A stretch of 64,000 nt of DNA from contig NW_024704742.1 of NCBI RefSeq assembly GCF_018977255.1, positions 119,662,001-119,726,000 of the forward strand, given 5' to 3'. Within the stretch, counting starts at the first letter, position 1; every line of letters starts with the position of its first letter. The translations under genes and the position numbers were made by a program. Below, piece by piece: positions 39,370 to 51,641 of the stretch. Source of the DNA: Callorhinchus milii. Its lineage: Eukaryota. The notes under the pieces are model-generated. The model worked only from the letters and a program-made list of their open reading frames with translations. It was not told where the DNA came from and ran no database searches.

Positions 39370-40979
39370 TGTAGCTTTGAGATATCCTCCTGACGTAAAA
39401 GGCTCCATACTAAATGCAAGGAATTTTATTACATATCTATGGTTCTATAGTTAACCCTATAAGACCTAATAGATAGGTGGTCCTTTGTGGATAAGTGACA
39501 GGAAGCTTTCCAGACAGTATTTGGTTTTAGCTGTTAAAACCCAGCAGTATTACAATACATACACTGGGGTCGTCAAACCTGGAGTCTGGCCAACCTGCAC
39601 CTAGTACTAATACATTCCTTTGGAGAAGAGTATGCAATCCATTCCAGACACAAGGAAATTGCCGTGCATAGATGGTTTGCATATGTGAACTCGGTTTGTT
39701 TGGGATATTTTTAAGCATTGTGATGAGTTAAGATACCCCTCTGACAAAAACAATCCATTGTTGGAAACTGAATCACTCATCTCTCTTTGTCTTTGGTGCT
39801 AAATTAATCATCATGAAGTTAATTCTCTGTCACTCTTGTTTTTTTTTGCATTTAAACCATATAAACATTGTATTTCTTGGTCTACAGTTTCTTGGGAGCT
39901 CATCAGTTTTACAAGGTAATTTTTTCAAATTCAAAAGGATTTCTCTCTTCTCCCCCACAATACTTCAGGTTAACCATAATTTTTCTGTTTTAAGTCATGA
40001 GAGCATAGACCAGTGGTCAAAAATGTGTCTGCATTTGCCTCACCACAATGCTACAACATTTTGTAAAGTTCTAACTTCTGCATTTTACATCCATGTGCAA
40101 ACCTTAAACCATTGAGTCTCCAAATCTGGAAGGTTTGTCAAGTCACTTACCAGTGGCTCAGTCACATTATAAAAAGCTTCTAACTACAACAACTTGCAAT
40201 TTATATGCCTTCCTCACCCAGGTTGCATCTCAGAGTGTTCAACAGTGGCAGAACTTAAAACCAAGGTGACAAAATGCACGGTCCGAAGATGGGCAGAGAG
40301 GGGGCAAGACGGAAGGATTGAGGCACAATACTAGATCAGCTTCCAGGTCATTAAAGAGAATATTTTAGCAGTATAAAATTCATTAGATTGGCAAACCTGA
40401 TGATTAAAAGAAGCAGCCTTGCAAAAGGATATTCTATCAATCATTTGCAGAGCATTTGCAATGCAAATAATATTGCAAACTTTAGAGCAAGTTTAGAAAA
40501 TATCAGAATCCACTTCGGGAAGAGGAAATTAATGATAAATTTTGGTGGTGACTTAAAAGCTACAAACTGGATTTCTACACAGAGTGGCAACATAGGTTTT
40601 TAGAACATTTAGCGAAGCGATAATAATGCTATTTTTTTAAATATAAAAATACATCTGCTCATGTTTAGATTTGCAGATGGAGGTCAGAAAAGCTTGAAAA
40701 CTGGTAGATATAATGTACCCATTTTTTTTAAAAAAAGCAAAAATACAAATTACTTTTGACATAAAATACAGCGCAGAAATCATCCACCACCAAATAAATA
40801 CAACAGGAAAAGATTGCACTGCCCTCTGTCTCTCCTGAGAAACTGTGCTCAAGCATGCCAGTTCTATCTTGGTCTGAAGACAACCACAGAGGCTTTTGAT
40901 TTCAATCTGAACTGAAATAAGTGTGTAACTCAGCTGAAGGCCAATAACTAATCCGTAAAAGAAAAAAAAGTTACAGTAG

Positions 40980-41600
40980 AGCCTTTATCACCTCAAGGCT
41001 GGACTATTGGAACTCTCTCCTCGCCGGCCTTCCCGGCACCTCCCTCCACAAGCTGCAGGTCATTCAGAACTCTGCAGCTCGTGTACTGTCCCGCACCAGG
41101 CTTCGGGACCACATCACTCCCACCCTCGCTCACCTCCACTGGCTCCCCATCCCCAGAGGATCGAATTCAAGATCCTCATCCTCACCTACAAGGCCATTCA
41201 TGGTCTTGCTCCCTCCTACCTCTCCGACCTACTATCCCCCTCTCGACTCTCTTCCCCCTCCTCGCTCCCTCCCTTCCCTCCCCTCACCCTGACCATTTCC
41301 CCCCTCCTTGCTCCCTCCCTTCCCTCACCCTGACCATTTCCCCCCTGCTCGGGTCATGACCCAACTGTGCAGCGCCTTGGGACGTCCTCCTGACGTGAAA
41401 GGCGCTTTATAAATGGAATCTTGTTGTTGTTGTTGTTGTTGTTAACTGCCTGTACCCTCCGTTCCTCTGGCTCCGGTCTGCTCCACATCCCCCGCCCCAA
41501 TCGCCCTAACATCGGTGGCCGGGCCTTCAGCCTCTCAGCCCCGAGGCTCTGGAACTCCATCCCCCAGGGCCTTTGCCGCCTCCTCCCTTTCCTCCTTCAT
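40980..41600 (+). mobile_element. L2 3' fragment with a second L2 3' end (~41240-41443) nested inside
   Basis: [26 protein letters not shown] is interrupted by a 3'UTR and (GTT)n tail, then resumes with TLRSSGSGLL..IGGRAFSLSAPRLWNSIP. Confidence 0.88.
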
Positions 41601-42162
41601 ACTGCAGTGCAATTCACTGGATGTTAGGATGACATTTTACTAAAAATGTTTAACATAATTCAATATCCTTTGGAAACCCCTCCCTTCTCATATTATACTT
41701 AGTAAATAGATTCTATTTATAGAGAAAGAGGGCAAAATCAATGGCCAATGTCATGCCATTGTTTTGCTCTGTCAATGCAGAGTTATGATCCCAATATAAT
41801 TTTCAAAAAATAATTGTTGCAACATTCCTGTTCCTGCCTAACCAAAGCAACGCAATAATCTTTTTGAGGTATTGTGAAGGTCATATGTACATTTGCTATT
41901 TGGGAAAAGGGTTAAGAGGCCAAAATTGATGCTTAGTATTAATAGTTGATTTTACAATAATGACAGTTTACCAAATACATTTATGGGGAGGGAAAGAGGA
42001 ATTAATCAGAAAAAATAAATAAGTATCTTAAATCAGTTTATTTCTAATAGGAAGTTGTATTGAGCCCAGTTTTTCTTTAATAATCTGTAGGATAGACATG
42101 ATTTCTCTTAAATCTCCAATGGGTTCTATTGAAAAAAAACTGGACAAGTAGGGGAATACTAC

Positions 42163-42598
42163 TAATAATAATCCTTGCATTTGATATACAACAACAACAG
42201 TTCACTTATAGAGCGCCTTTCACGTCGGGAGGACGTCCCAAGGCGTTGGACAGTTGGGTCGGGACCCGAGCAGAGATATAGCGCATTGTCATGTATTTGA
42301 GACGTCTCGAAGTGCTTCACAGAATATACTGTAAAGTGAATTGATTGTATATTTTGTGGGCAAAACATGGCAGCCAATTAGTCATGGATTGAAGTGACTA
42401 TTATATTTTTTCTCAGAAATTATTACCCCCGGAAATTCAATACGCCAATCGACTAACAACCGGAGTCCTACTTACTGCTAGGTAAACAGAGGTGTGTGGA
42501 GTAAGGAAACTTGCCCAGCATTTCGGGCTGCCAGAAATTGAACCCAGGTCTCTCGCTTGCGAGACGAGTGCTCTAACCACTGAGCTACAGGACTCCAC
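42163..42598 (-). mobile_element. SINE family A, long form, with nested 86-bp L2 tail (42189-42274)
   Basis: Head and tail match family A; the nested insert is flanked by a GATATA duplication. Confidence 0.9.
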
Positions 42599-42679
42599 AA
42601 TCATACAATCTTCAATCCAAAACACTAGCTCATAGTTCTTATCTTTAGAGAAGGGAAAAGGAAATAATAAACATAACAA

Positions 42680-43090
42680 TCCTTACAATTGGTATGGAGT
42701 CTTTCATGTCAGGAGAATGTCCCAAACCAATTCAGAGGATATACTTGAAAGTGAATTTATGCAGCCATGTCTCTGTATTTTGTGGAAAATTCCTGCAGCC
42801 AATTTGCACACAACAATGTTCCACAAACAGCCATGGAGTGACTAACAGATTTTATTTAGGTATAATTTGGTTGTTGGTCAGGATTCTGGGAGAAACTCCC
42901 TTTTCTTTTCAAATAGTGCCACAGGATATTTAAGGTCCACCTGATCAGGCAGTCAGGTCCTCAGTTTAATGTATAATCCAAAGGACAGCACCTGACAATG
43001 CAGAGTTTCCCTCAGCACTGCACCATCTTAGACAATATGAGCTCCAAGTCCTGATGTGAGGCTTGAAGCAAAACTTTCTTACTGAGCCAG
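42680..43090 (-). mobile_element. SINE family B, diverged
   Basis: Colinear with the other family B copies. Confidence 0.78.
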
Positions 43091-43469
43091 GATAACATAC
43101 ACTCCAAGAGTGTGGGAGGTAGATGAGGAAAGGGGAATGGTTTAGGCTCATGGAGTATAAACATTGGCATAGACTAGTTGCACCACGTTGCCTTGGTTCA
43201 GCGTTGTGCAGTCTATGTAATACTATGCAACTTGTTCACCTCAAATTAAATGACGTGTTGGTTCTTTCCAACAGTAAGAAATACCAGCAAATAAGTACTG
43301 TACCACAAACTGATTTGTGTTTGTGGAATAGGAATTCAAGGCTGCCAGGTCAGAGTGGGAATTTCTGAAGCCACATCTCTGAAATCCACCAACAGCCCCA
43401 GAGCAAAATCAGTTTTGATTTTAAAAGCCCACTACGTTGGAAAGAACGGAGACATCTAACCAAAGCATG

Positions 43470-43585
43470 TTTATATTGTTATTTCCACTTTAGGTTTCTC
43501 TAATCGTTCTTCAAAGTGCATTGTCTTCTTTTGGATCAGTCGCATTGCTCTTTGTGTACCTTTTCTAAAGCGCATATATCTGTGT
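43470..43585 (-). mobile_element. Short decayed CR1 ORF2 fragment
   Basis: Minus-strand DICALEKV / RAMRLI / FEERLEK resembles the CR1 motif DI..LE.VQRRAT.LI...YEERL. Confidence 0.55.
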
Positions 43586-45489
43586 TTGCTGATTAAATGC
43601 CCAAATCCATTCTCTACATATAATGCTGGAGAGATGTTACCAAAAAGGTAGATTCCTCTAGATTGTAATGAAACTCAAAAAGAGTTGCCAGCACTGAAGC
43701 CGGATCTTGCCAAAAAGTCAACATGATACATTAGCAGCAAAGAATCACACTGCTTTTCCTTCAATGGAAGTTCAATCACAGACAGCGTTCTCAATGACAA
43801 GCTACGCAGGTTTAGCTGACTAAACTTTAGCAGGTCCCCAACCCACACTCTGGGCCTCCCACAAAGCCTCATCTCTTACCAACCTCTACGGAATACTCTT
43901 TGGGATTAGGTAAGCAGAGTGAATCCCTCCAAGGAGGGAGTGTGCATTCCATTCCAAACACTGGAATTTCCATGTGTATCTGGCATGCATGGAACGCTCA
44001 GTCTGGGTTGGATGCTCTTAAACATCCAAACTAATATTATGACCTTGTGATATATTTCTCTTCATCTTCCTGTGCTCCCAGCAATCAGTCCATTTTCTGT
44101 TATCTGTTCGCAGATGCATCCAATTACTGATTCAAAAAGTGCAGCTCCTCATGATGTGGAGTCATGTGCATTGTTTGATGAGTGAAATGTGCAACTCAAT
44201 TTGCACAGGGTCACCTCTGGCCTGGATTCAAGCCCAGATCCCAAGCAAATACTTGTGTGTATATAAAAGTCTAAAGGTGCCTATAAACCTTGATCAATTA
44301 AAGTTAAGAGATTTCCAGTTTGTCACAATACCCTTGCAATATTTTAGTAGGTTACATTATATTCCTGACCCCAATTGTGTAGTTTAATTTGACGATGTTT
44401 CAATGAAGATTGCAGCTATGTTCGGTTCAGCAAAACAGTCACTGTATTTGTATGCACACAAATAATTCCTAAACAGGATTGATGAAGGACCTACAAAGGG
44501 AAAGTGAACAATAGCCAGGCTTTCCTCTTAAAGCAAAATTACACTTCATGAAATTAGAAGAAACCATTTAGACACCAAAGATTATGCTATAAGCTTTGCA
44601 TAACAAGTGTGACATTTACAGTAAATTAAAACACTTAAAATGAATAAGATAATAAAATTATCGCAGATAACTGCTGGAATGCTTCCTGTAAATATTTACC
44701 TAATAATCATGAACCATATACTGATGAGAAGATTTTTTTAAAAAGAGAAAGAGTATGCACACTGCACTGCTTATACTATATTAAACAAAAGGAAAACAAA
44801 ATTGAGAACTATTCGATGACATAAAGGAGAGGACTATGGGATTTCAGGTTTTAAATGAATAATCTGTCATAATCATATTCAATCTAATTCAGAACAATAT
44901 TTAAATGCATAAATCTACTTATCAGCATACAAGATGACAGGAATATAAATTCTGGAAACCCCAAAAAACAAGTAATAATTCATGCAGGAAGCTGCCAAAA
45001 CAGTTTGCTATGTTTACTAATCACAGCAAGCAACTCCGAATGATAAAGTGAGGTTGTAGACTCCAGAATACAAACAACCAGGATTTCTGGCAAACCATGA
45101 GATTTGGGTAATAATAAACCATTACATACTGAGGAAAGCATCACTGCTTTATTATCTTAACAGAACGACCATGCATGTGAGATACTAAATTACTTTAAGA
45201 TACCTTTCAAAGAAACATTTATTTTAATTTCTTCTGCCCTGCATACAGTTCAATATCAAGGCCATATCCATCAGCAGCTTCTAATTTTACAGTATATCAT
45301 ACTGTTGACTCAAAAAATACTTCAACTGTAGCCCAAGCATAAAGTATAATCTTTTTGGGTAACCTTCAAACAGGGATTTGATCTCAGAACTTTAGAATGA
45401 GACCTGCATTTTACCAGATACCTTACAAATAGGAATTACAAATATGTTCTGTGGGAGTATAAACAGTCCTATGCAAACAAAGTTACAAT

Positions 45490-45780
45490 AATAATACTTA
45501 AATGTCGTACAGCCCCTTATCATGTGGGAAGGTCATCTCAAAGCGCTTCACAGGAATTACAGTGAAATGGAGTGACTGTATTTATAGGCAAACGTGGCAG
45601 CACAATTGCTTACAGCAAATGTCCCACAAACAGCTATGGAAATGAGTGACCAATTCTATTTGGGGGATTGTTGGCCAGGAACCGGGAGAAACTCCCTTCT
45701 CTTTTCAAATAGTGTCAAGAGGTTTTTAACGCCACCTGAACAGGAAGACAGGACCTCAGTTTAATATCTCTTCCGAAGGA
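45490..45780 (-). mobile_element. SINE family B, 5'-truncated
   Basis: Tail, central domain and part of the body. Confidence 0.8.
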
Positions 45781-46478
45781 TTTGAGGCACTGTGGATGAG
45801 CTCCCAGGGCTGTTGAAGAATTTAGCTCATTTGAATCCCCTTCTTACTGTAGATGAAAAAACTCAAATCAAAGGTTGACCTGCTCTCTGTAAATAAATAT
45901 TCAATGAAAGGATTTGGAGAAAGAGCATTGGAATGGAATTAAAGTATAGCTAGCAGTAACAACAACAACTTACGTTTATGCAGCGCATTTCAAAGAGGTT
46001 CACACAGCTGACTGAGAGCATGTGCAGGCGTGGGTGGGAGGCGGGGAATGGAAAGAAGCGAAAGGTGACTCAATACACAGTTGAAAAGGTAAATCTTAAA
46101 ATGGCCTTTTAAAGGTGTGGAAGGAGGAGCTTGAGGTGGAGGGACTCTGGGATGGAATTCCAGAAAACAGACACGATCGACTGAAAGGTTTCCTGTGCTA
46201 TAAACTTTGTATGAGAGATTCTAGGTTTTGATTATTCCATCGGCAACAAACTACCCTGTAATATCAATTTTCAGTCAACGAAACACACTTTACGAAAGAA
46301 GAGCCCACCTACCAAAATGGGCAGTGGAGCTGAAAGAAACCAAAAAAGGTTTAAATGGCAGAAAACCATTTTTTATATGAAAAAGAAACTAAAATAAATT
46401 AGGACAAGAAAGTGAACTACGAACAGAGAAAGCTTAATAGGATTAATTGTATAATTAATTTATTAATTGTAATTGTAC

Positions 46479-46866
46479 TGGGTTCCTACTTACTGCTGGG
46501 TAAATAGAGACATGTGGAGTAAGGAAAATTACCTAAGGTTTCGCCCTGCTCGGGAATCGAATCCAGGTCCTCTCGCTTGTGAGGTGAATGCCCCAACTGT
46601 TAAGCTATAGGATTCAATCTTTATATAAAAAGTTGTAATTGTACGATTAATTAATTTTAATTAATAGTATTTGCAACTGTATTTGGCATTTAACTTACTG
46701 GCTACCAATCTGCCAAATAAAATTGGTCACTTACACCATGACGGTTTGTAGGGGGATTTCGCCCACAAAATACAGTCAATTCACTTTAAAGTATAGCCTG
46801 TGAAGTGCTTTGAGTCTCAATTACTTAATAAGGCTGTATATCAAATGCAAGGATTATTATTATTAT
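46479..46866. mobile_element. Two SINE A pieces: 5' half on minus (46479-46616) and 3' half on plus (~46715-46866)
   Basis: Each half matches family A, but in opposite orientations. Confidence 0.75.
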
Positions 46867-47849
46867 AATGATGATGAATCTTACATTCAAACTATTCTGA
46901 TGGTTTGAGTAGCTTGATTTCGGTAATAGCAATGAAAATGTAGAAAATCAGTCAAAACAGACACTGGAGATTCCAGAGGCCAATTGAAGTCAAAGGGCTA
47001 AAGTCTTAAATTCAACAGAAAAAAACATAATTCAGAAAGCATGTCAAAAACTGAGATGTCAGAACAATAGTCATGTTGTTTGTGTTTATCTGACAGAAAA
47101 CAAATACAACTAACTCTGTGGCAGAGTAACAAAAAAAGTGACAAAACACATTATGAACACGCTAATAAATAAAAATTTCTCCAAAACCGAAACACACTCG
47201 TCTTAAAAGATCTATTTAAATCAAAACCTTGTCGCAGAGAATTAAGATGCTCATCAATATGGTACGCCTACAAGTTGGATTACCTAAAAACATATTGAAA
47301 GTGGCATCAAACAGCATGAATCAATGGCATAAGACCACTAATTACCACTTGAAAGAAACTCCTCGGGTACATGGGTTTATGTGACTGGAATAGCAGGAAT
47401 GAATGAATTTGGATGATTAAAAATTCAGCCATTGACTGATAGCTCCAATTTAGAGGCTAGCTTTTAGCATGGCCTCAATATGCCAAACCATCGATATCTA
47501 TGCTGTAAATTCTAGGATTTTAACAACCTCTAATAAATCTCAACCTTTTCTTTACAATACAATAACAAAATTTCGAGTCAATTGAAACATTTAATACTGC
47601 AAACATAACTGCAAAAATAAGACTGAGCCATTCTCTTCCCTTGGATATGTTTCTGATGTGTATAATGGGTTAGTTATGGAATTTCCAATCCGACAGGAAA
47701 ATACATTTCTAATCCCTAAACAATTGACCAGAACCGAGAAATGAGACCAGAATCTGATAGCATATGTGAACAGTCATCACTCTGAATAACTCATTCTTTG
47801 TAAGTATAAGATGGGAGTGTGCTTATGAACTCAGAACCTAAGGGGTTCC

Positions 47850-48550
47850 TTCTTTTTCCTTATTTATATGCTTCCGTTTCAGTGACATTATCTGGAAACT
47901 GTGGTTAACTTTCTCATACGCAATTTAAAATGACACCTTAATCTACTTTTCTATTTCTACTGTGGATTCCAGGTCCACAACGTTCTGTCCACCTGCCAGA
48001 CATCAAGCCTCAATTTCTTGCAGCTTAACGTGGACAAGACGGAAACTGTCCCCCTCAACCCCCACCCCGCCGGCCGCTTACCATCCCCACCCGTCAACGG
48101 CCCATCACTCCTGCCTCTAACCTCCTCAACCTTCCCAGCCTCCCTCTCAAACTCACCAAAATAGTGCACAACCTTGGCATTGATTTGATCATTGTTTCTC
48201 CTTCCTGACTTTTGTTCCCGACCAATATCTTTTTCTTCACTTTCACCACATCACCCACCTCTGACCCATATAATGCCAAGAGCCATCAAAACCATCATTC
48301 ACATTTGTGTTACCTCCTGATTTGACTTCTCAAACATAATCCTCACCAGTCTCCCCAGTTGCACTATCTGCAAGTTACAGCTAAAAGCTTCAAAGCCCAC
48401 CACCCACATCCTCACTCTCTTTAAATCTTGGCTAACAACCAACTTCTTCGATTGCATCTATGGTCATCTCCTCCATCTCCCTCTTCCTTTGCTAATCACC
48501 TGACAACATTCCTGTAAAGCACTCTGAGGTGCATAAAGCACAAGTTCAAG
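47850..48550 (+). mobile_element. Decayed L2 ORF2 3' fragment
   Basis: AATTTCTTGCAGCTTAACGTGGACAAGACGGAA (NFLQLNVDKTE) and downstream similarity. Confidence 0.78.
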
Positions 48551-48632
48551 AATTTATGCTATCATTACAATCACAAAATTGTTGCAAGACTGTTGTATGC
48601 TTCTGGCTAATACAGTATACACCCAATATAGT

Positions 48633-48870
48633 ACAACAACAAAATTATATTTGTATAGCGCCTTTCATATTGGGAGGACGTCTCAAGGCACTGGACAGAC
48701 AGAGTTACGGACCCGAGCTGGGGATCGGATCGGGGTCGGGGAGAGCGGGGTGGGGGGGGGAGCAGAGAGATCGAACACATGGTCAAAGAGGAGGGTCTTG
48801 AGATGGGTCTTGAAGGAGGCAAGGGAGGGGGTGAGGTGGGATGGAGTTCCAGAAGGTGGGGGCAGAGTGG
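48633..48870 (-). mobile_element. L2 3'UTR/tail
   Basis: (CAA)n, GCGCCTTTCATATTGGGAGGACGTC, GACCCGAGCTGGG. Confidence 0.85.
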
Positions 48871-49129
48871 AAATCAGGTGAAAATATCTGGCATGAATTA
48901 ATAACCTAGCAGAGCAGGTTTGACAGGTTGCATAGCCTACTCCTTTTCCTATGTAACCATGTTTCTAATGTAAGATGAGAACTCTTTTAGCAATTAGGCG
49001 GAGTAAAGAAGTTTTTTTTATAGCACATTACCTTAACGAATTGTCTCAAAGCTCTTTTCAATAACAATAAACAATTGCAGTTGTTTCAGGTCAGGAGGAT
49101 TTTGGACAATCGAGGTTTGCACCTGAGCC

Positions 49130-49950
49130 GGGTGTTGGATTAAGAGGGGTGTGGGCCAAGAGGAATGTGGTGCAGGTGGAAAGATAACTGAAGGCACGGT
49201 CAAAGACGAAGGTCTTGAGACAGACCTTGAAGAAGGCGAGAGAAGGGGCAAAGCGAAGGGTCTCTGGGATGGAGTTCCAGAAAATGGAGGCAGAAAGGCT
49301 GAAGGCCCGAGCGCTGAGTGTAGAGCAGGCGGGTCGGGGACATGGAGGACAGTGTCTACCAAGCGGAGGGAGCAGACAAATTGGTAGGATTTAGAAGGTC
49401 AAAAAGGTAGAATGAGGCAAGATTGTGGAGGGTTTTAAAAATGACGATGAGGAACTTGAACACAAACCCCTTGAGGATGGGGGGCTGGACAGGTCAAGGC
49501 GAGAACGTGGGGTTTAAAGGAAAGTTGAAAGTCAACCAAGACACCAAGGCTCCGTACTGACTCGCTGAGGTGGAGTGTGCATTCATGTACAGTGAAGATA
49601 CTGTGAGCATCTGAGGTGAGAAAGCATTGGCTGGAGCCAAGCAGGAGGGCCTCTGTCTTGTTGACATTCAACTGGAGAAAGTTAACTCTCGTCCAGGACT
49701 TGATGTCTGACAGGCAGTTGGTCAGGTCAGCAGTGGACCTGGAATCAAGAGTGGAGACAGAGAGATAAGAGTTGGGTGTCATCCACAAAGATGTGGAAGT
49801 TAAACCTATGCCCACAGATGACATCACAGAGTGGGAGCATGTAAATATTAAAGAGGAGGACCAAGGACAGAGCCCTGAGGAACACCGCGTGTGATGGGAG
49901 CAGGAGGAGAAGCCGTTGGCAGATGCAAAGTGGAGACATTGAGATAGTTA
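49130..49950 (-). mobile_element. L2 ORF2 3' fragment with internal deletion
   Basis: LLFNIYMLPL..FHIFVDDTQL, CLSDIKSWTRVNFLQLNVNKTEALL. Confidence 0.9.
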
Positions 49951-50604
49951 AGACTTAAACTAGGCAAGGACAGAACCGTGAAGCTAAGAGGAAAGGTGGT
50001 GAAGAATAGAATGGTCGATTGGTTTTACTATAATTACTGTCAAGCATAATGAGTATGTGTATGCAAATACAGCAGCAATTTTCTACAGAGTAAACTCCAT
50101 ACAAATTGCATATAAATACAGTAAACCCCACAAACAGCATGAAGTAAATGACCAAACAACCTTCCCTTTGAGTAGTGTTGTGAAAACTAACATCCTATAA
50201 TCAGTATACTTTAAAGTAATTCCTTTGAAGCATTTTGAGATGGCCTCCCAACATGATACATCATACTCAAGGATTATTAACATTCATGTAAAGAATCTGG
50301 TTTAACATCTCATCCAAAGTTCAGCAAGACTAAACTTCTAAAAAGGAAGACCACAAAAATATATAGCAGTCGGGGTGACCTTAGACACTTAAAACTGAAA
50401 ATTATAAAATTGAATTCTTAAAAAAACAAATCCATATGGGTTCAATGTACTGCACAATTTACAACTGCTGTAAATAATTTGGCTGCCACGTTTCGTCCAC
50501 AAAATAGAGTCAATTCACTTTACAGAAAATTCTGTGAAGCACTTTGAAACATCTCAAAGTCATGAAAGGCACTATATCATAAGCAACATTATCAAGGATT
50601 ATTA

Positions 50605-51285
50605 TAATGGTTTCTCATCAGGTATCTCCATGCTCACTGCTGGTGTACCCCAGGGTTCTATACTTGGTCCTCTCCAATCCCTCATTTACATGCTGGGCTT
50701 TGGCCATATCATCCACAAGCTTGCCAATAGCTTCCACACCAATGATGCCCAACTCTACCTCTCTACTACTAGCCTTCATTCCATCACAGTGGATGTTTTG
50801 TCTGACATCTTTCTGCAGATGAACATCAGCAAGACTTAAGCCACCTTGTTCAGTTTCCACCAGCACCTATACGTCTCTGGCTTGGATTTCATCAACTTCC
50901 CTGGCTGCTCGTTCAAATTGAACTAAGTGGCGCACAGTCTTGTTGTTCCGTGTGACCCTCTTTATCAGCATCCCTAGCTTCAAAAGCTTCAATCAATTCA
51001 GAACTTCCCACAAGATCTATCCTGGATAAGGCTCTCACACCCCATTACCCCATAATCACTAAGTTCTCCAATGCTTAGTCCATCAGTCTTGTTACTGTCT
51101 TCAAACCCCATCGCTTCACCCAATTTATGCAATCTTCTCTAGTTCTTCATTCCAATTGTTACCCTTTGCCGCTTCCAAATTGTGTGTTCCTGCTGGCTCT
51201 CCTCTCCCTTCAACCCCTCACTGAGAGCTTTCAGTTGCCATGTCCTTCCGTCATGAAAGGCGCTATACAAATGTTATTGTTGTAC
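50605..51285 (+). mobile_element. Decayed L2 ORF2 3' fragment
   Basis: GVPQGSILGPL..IYML..NDAQLYLS; tail GAAAGGCGCTATACAAATG. Confidence 0.85.
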
Positions 51286-51348
51286 AGGCATTGGGTTTCA
51301 GACCAAAGCTTTGAGTTTTAAGCCTGCTATTGCAGTGTGCCCACGGAT

Positions 51349-51376
51349 GGTGGGTGGGTGGGTGGGTGGGTGGGTG
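51349..51376 (+). repeat. (GGGT)n tract, G-quadruplex-type motif
   Basis: ggtgggtgggtgggtgggtgggtgggtg; a G16 run also lies at 51600-51615. Confidence 0.9.
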
Positions 51377-51641
51377 AATGCCTTTCTGTTTCAGTCCCAG
51401 TGTGTGTGGCTGATTGACAACCTGCTGTGAGGAGCCAGAAGTGAGGAATTGGGGCTTAAAGAGAGAAGGCGAGACCGAGGAAACTCTCCACTCGGGCTGA
51501 GCCAGAAAAGCAGTTCAGGCAGAAACATAAACCAGCAGTGACAAGGCTACAGGTGAGGTGTGATTCCATTTTACAGGAGGTCTCATTACATCCTACAGAG
51601 GGGGGGGGGGGGGGGCAGGAAATCAATTAGGGTTTATTCCA

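Noticed and set aside
296..51321. Numerous 60-160 aa ORFs in the supplied track
   Set aside because: Most overlap SINE/LINE remnants or start at non-ATG codons, and they are of the length expected by chance.
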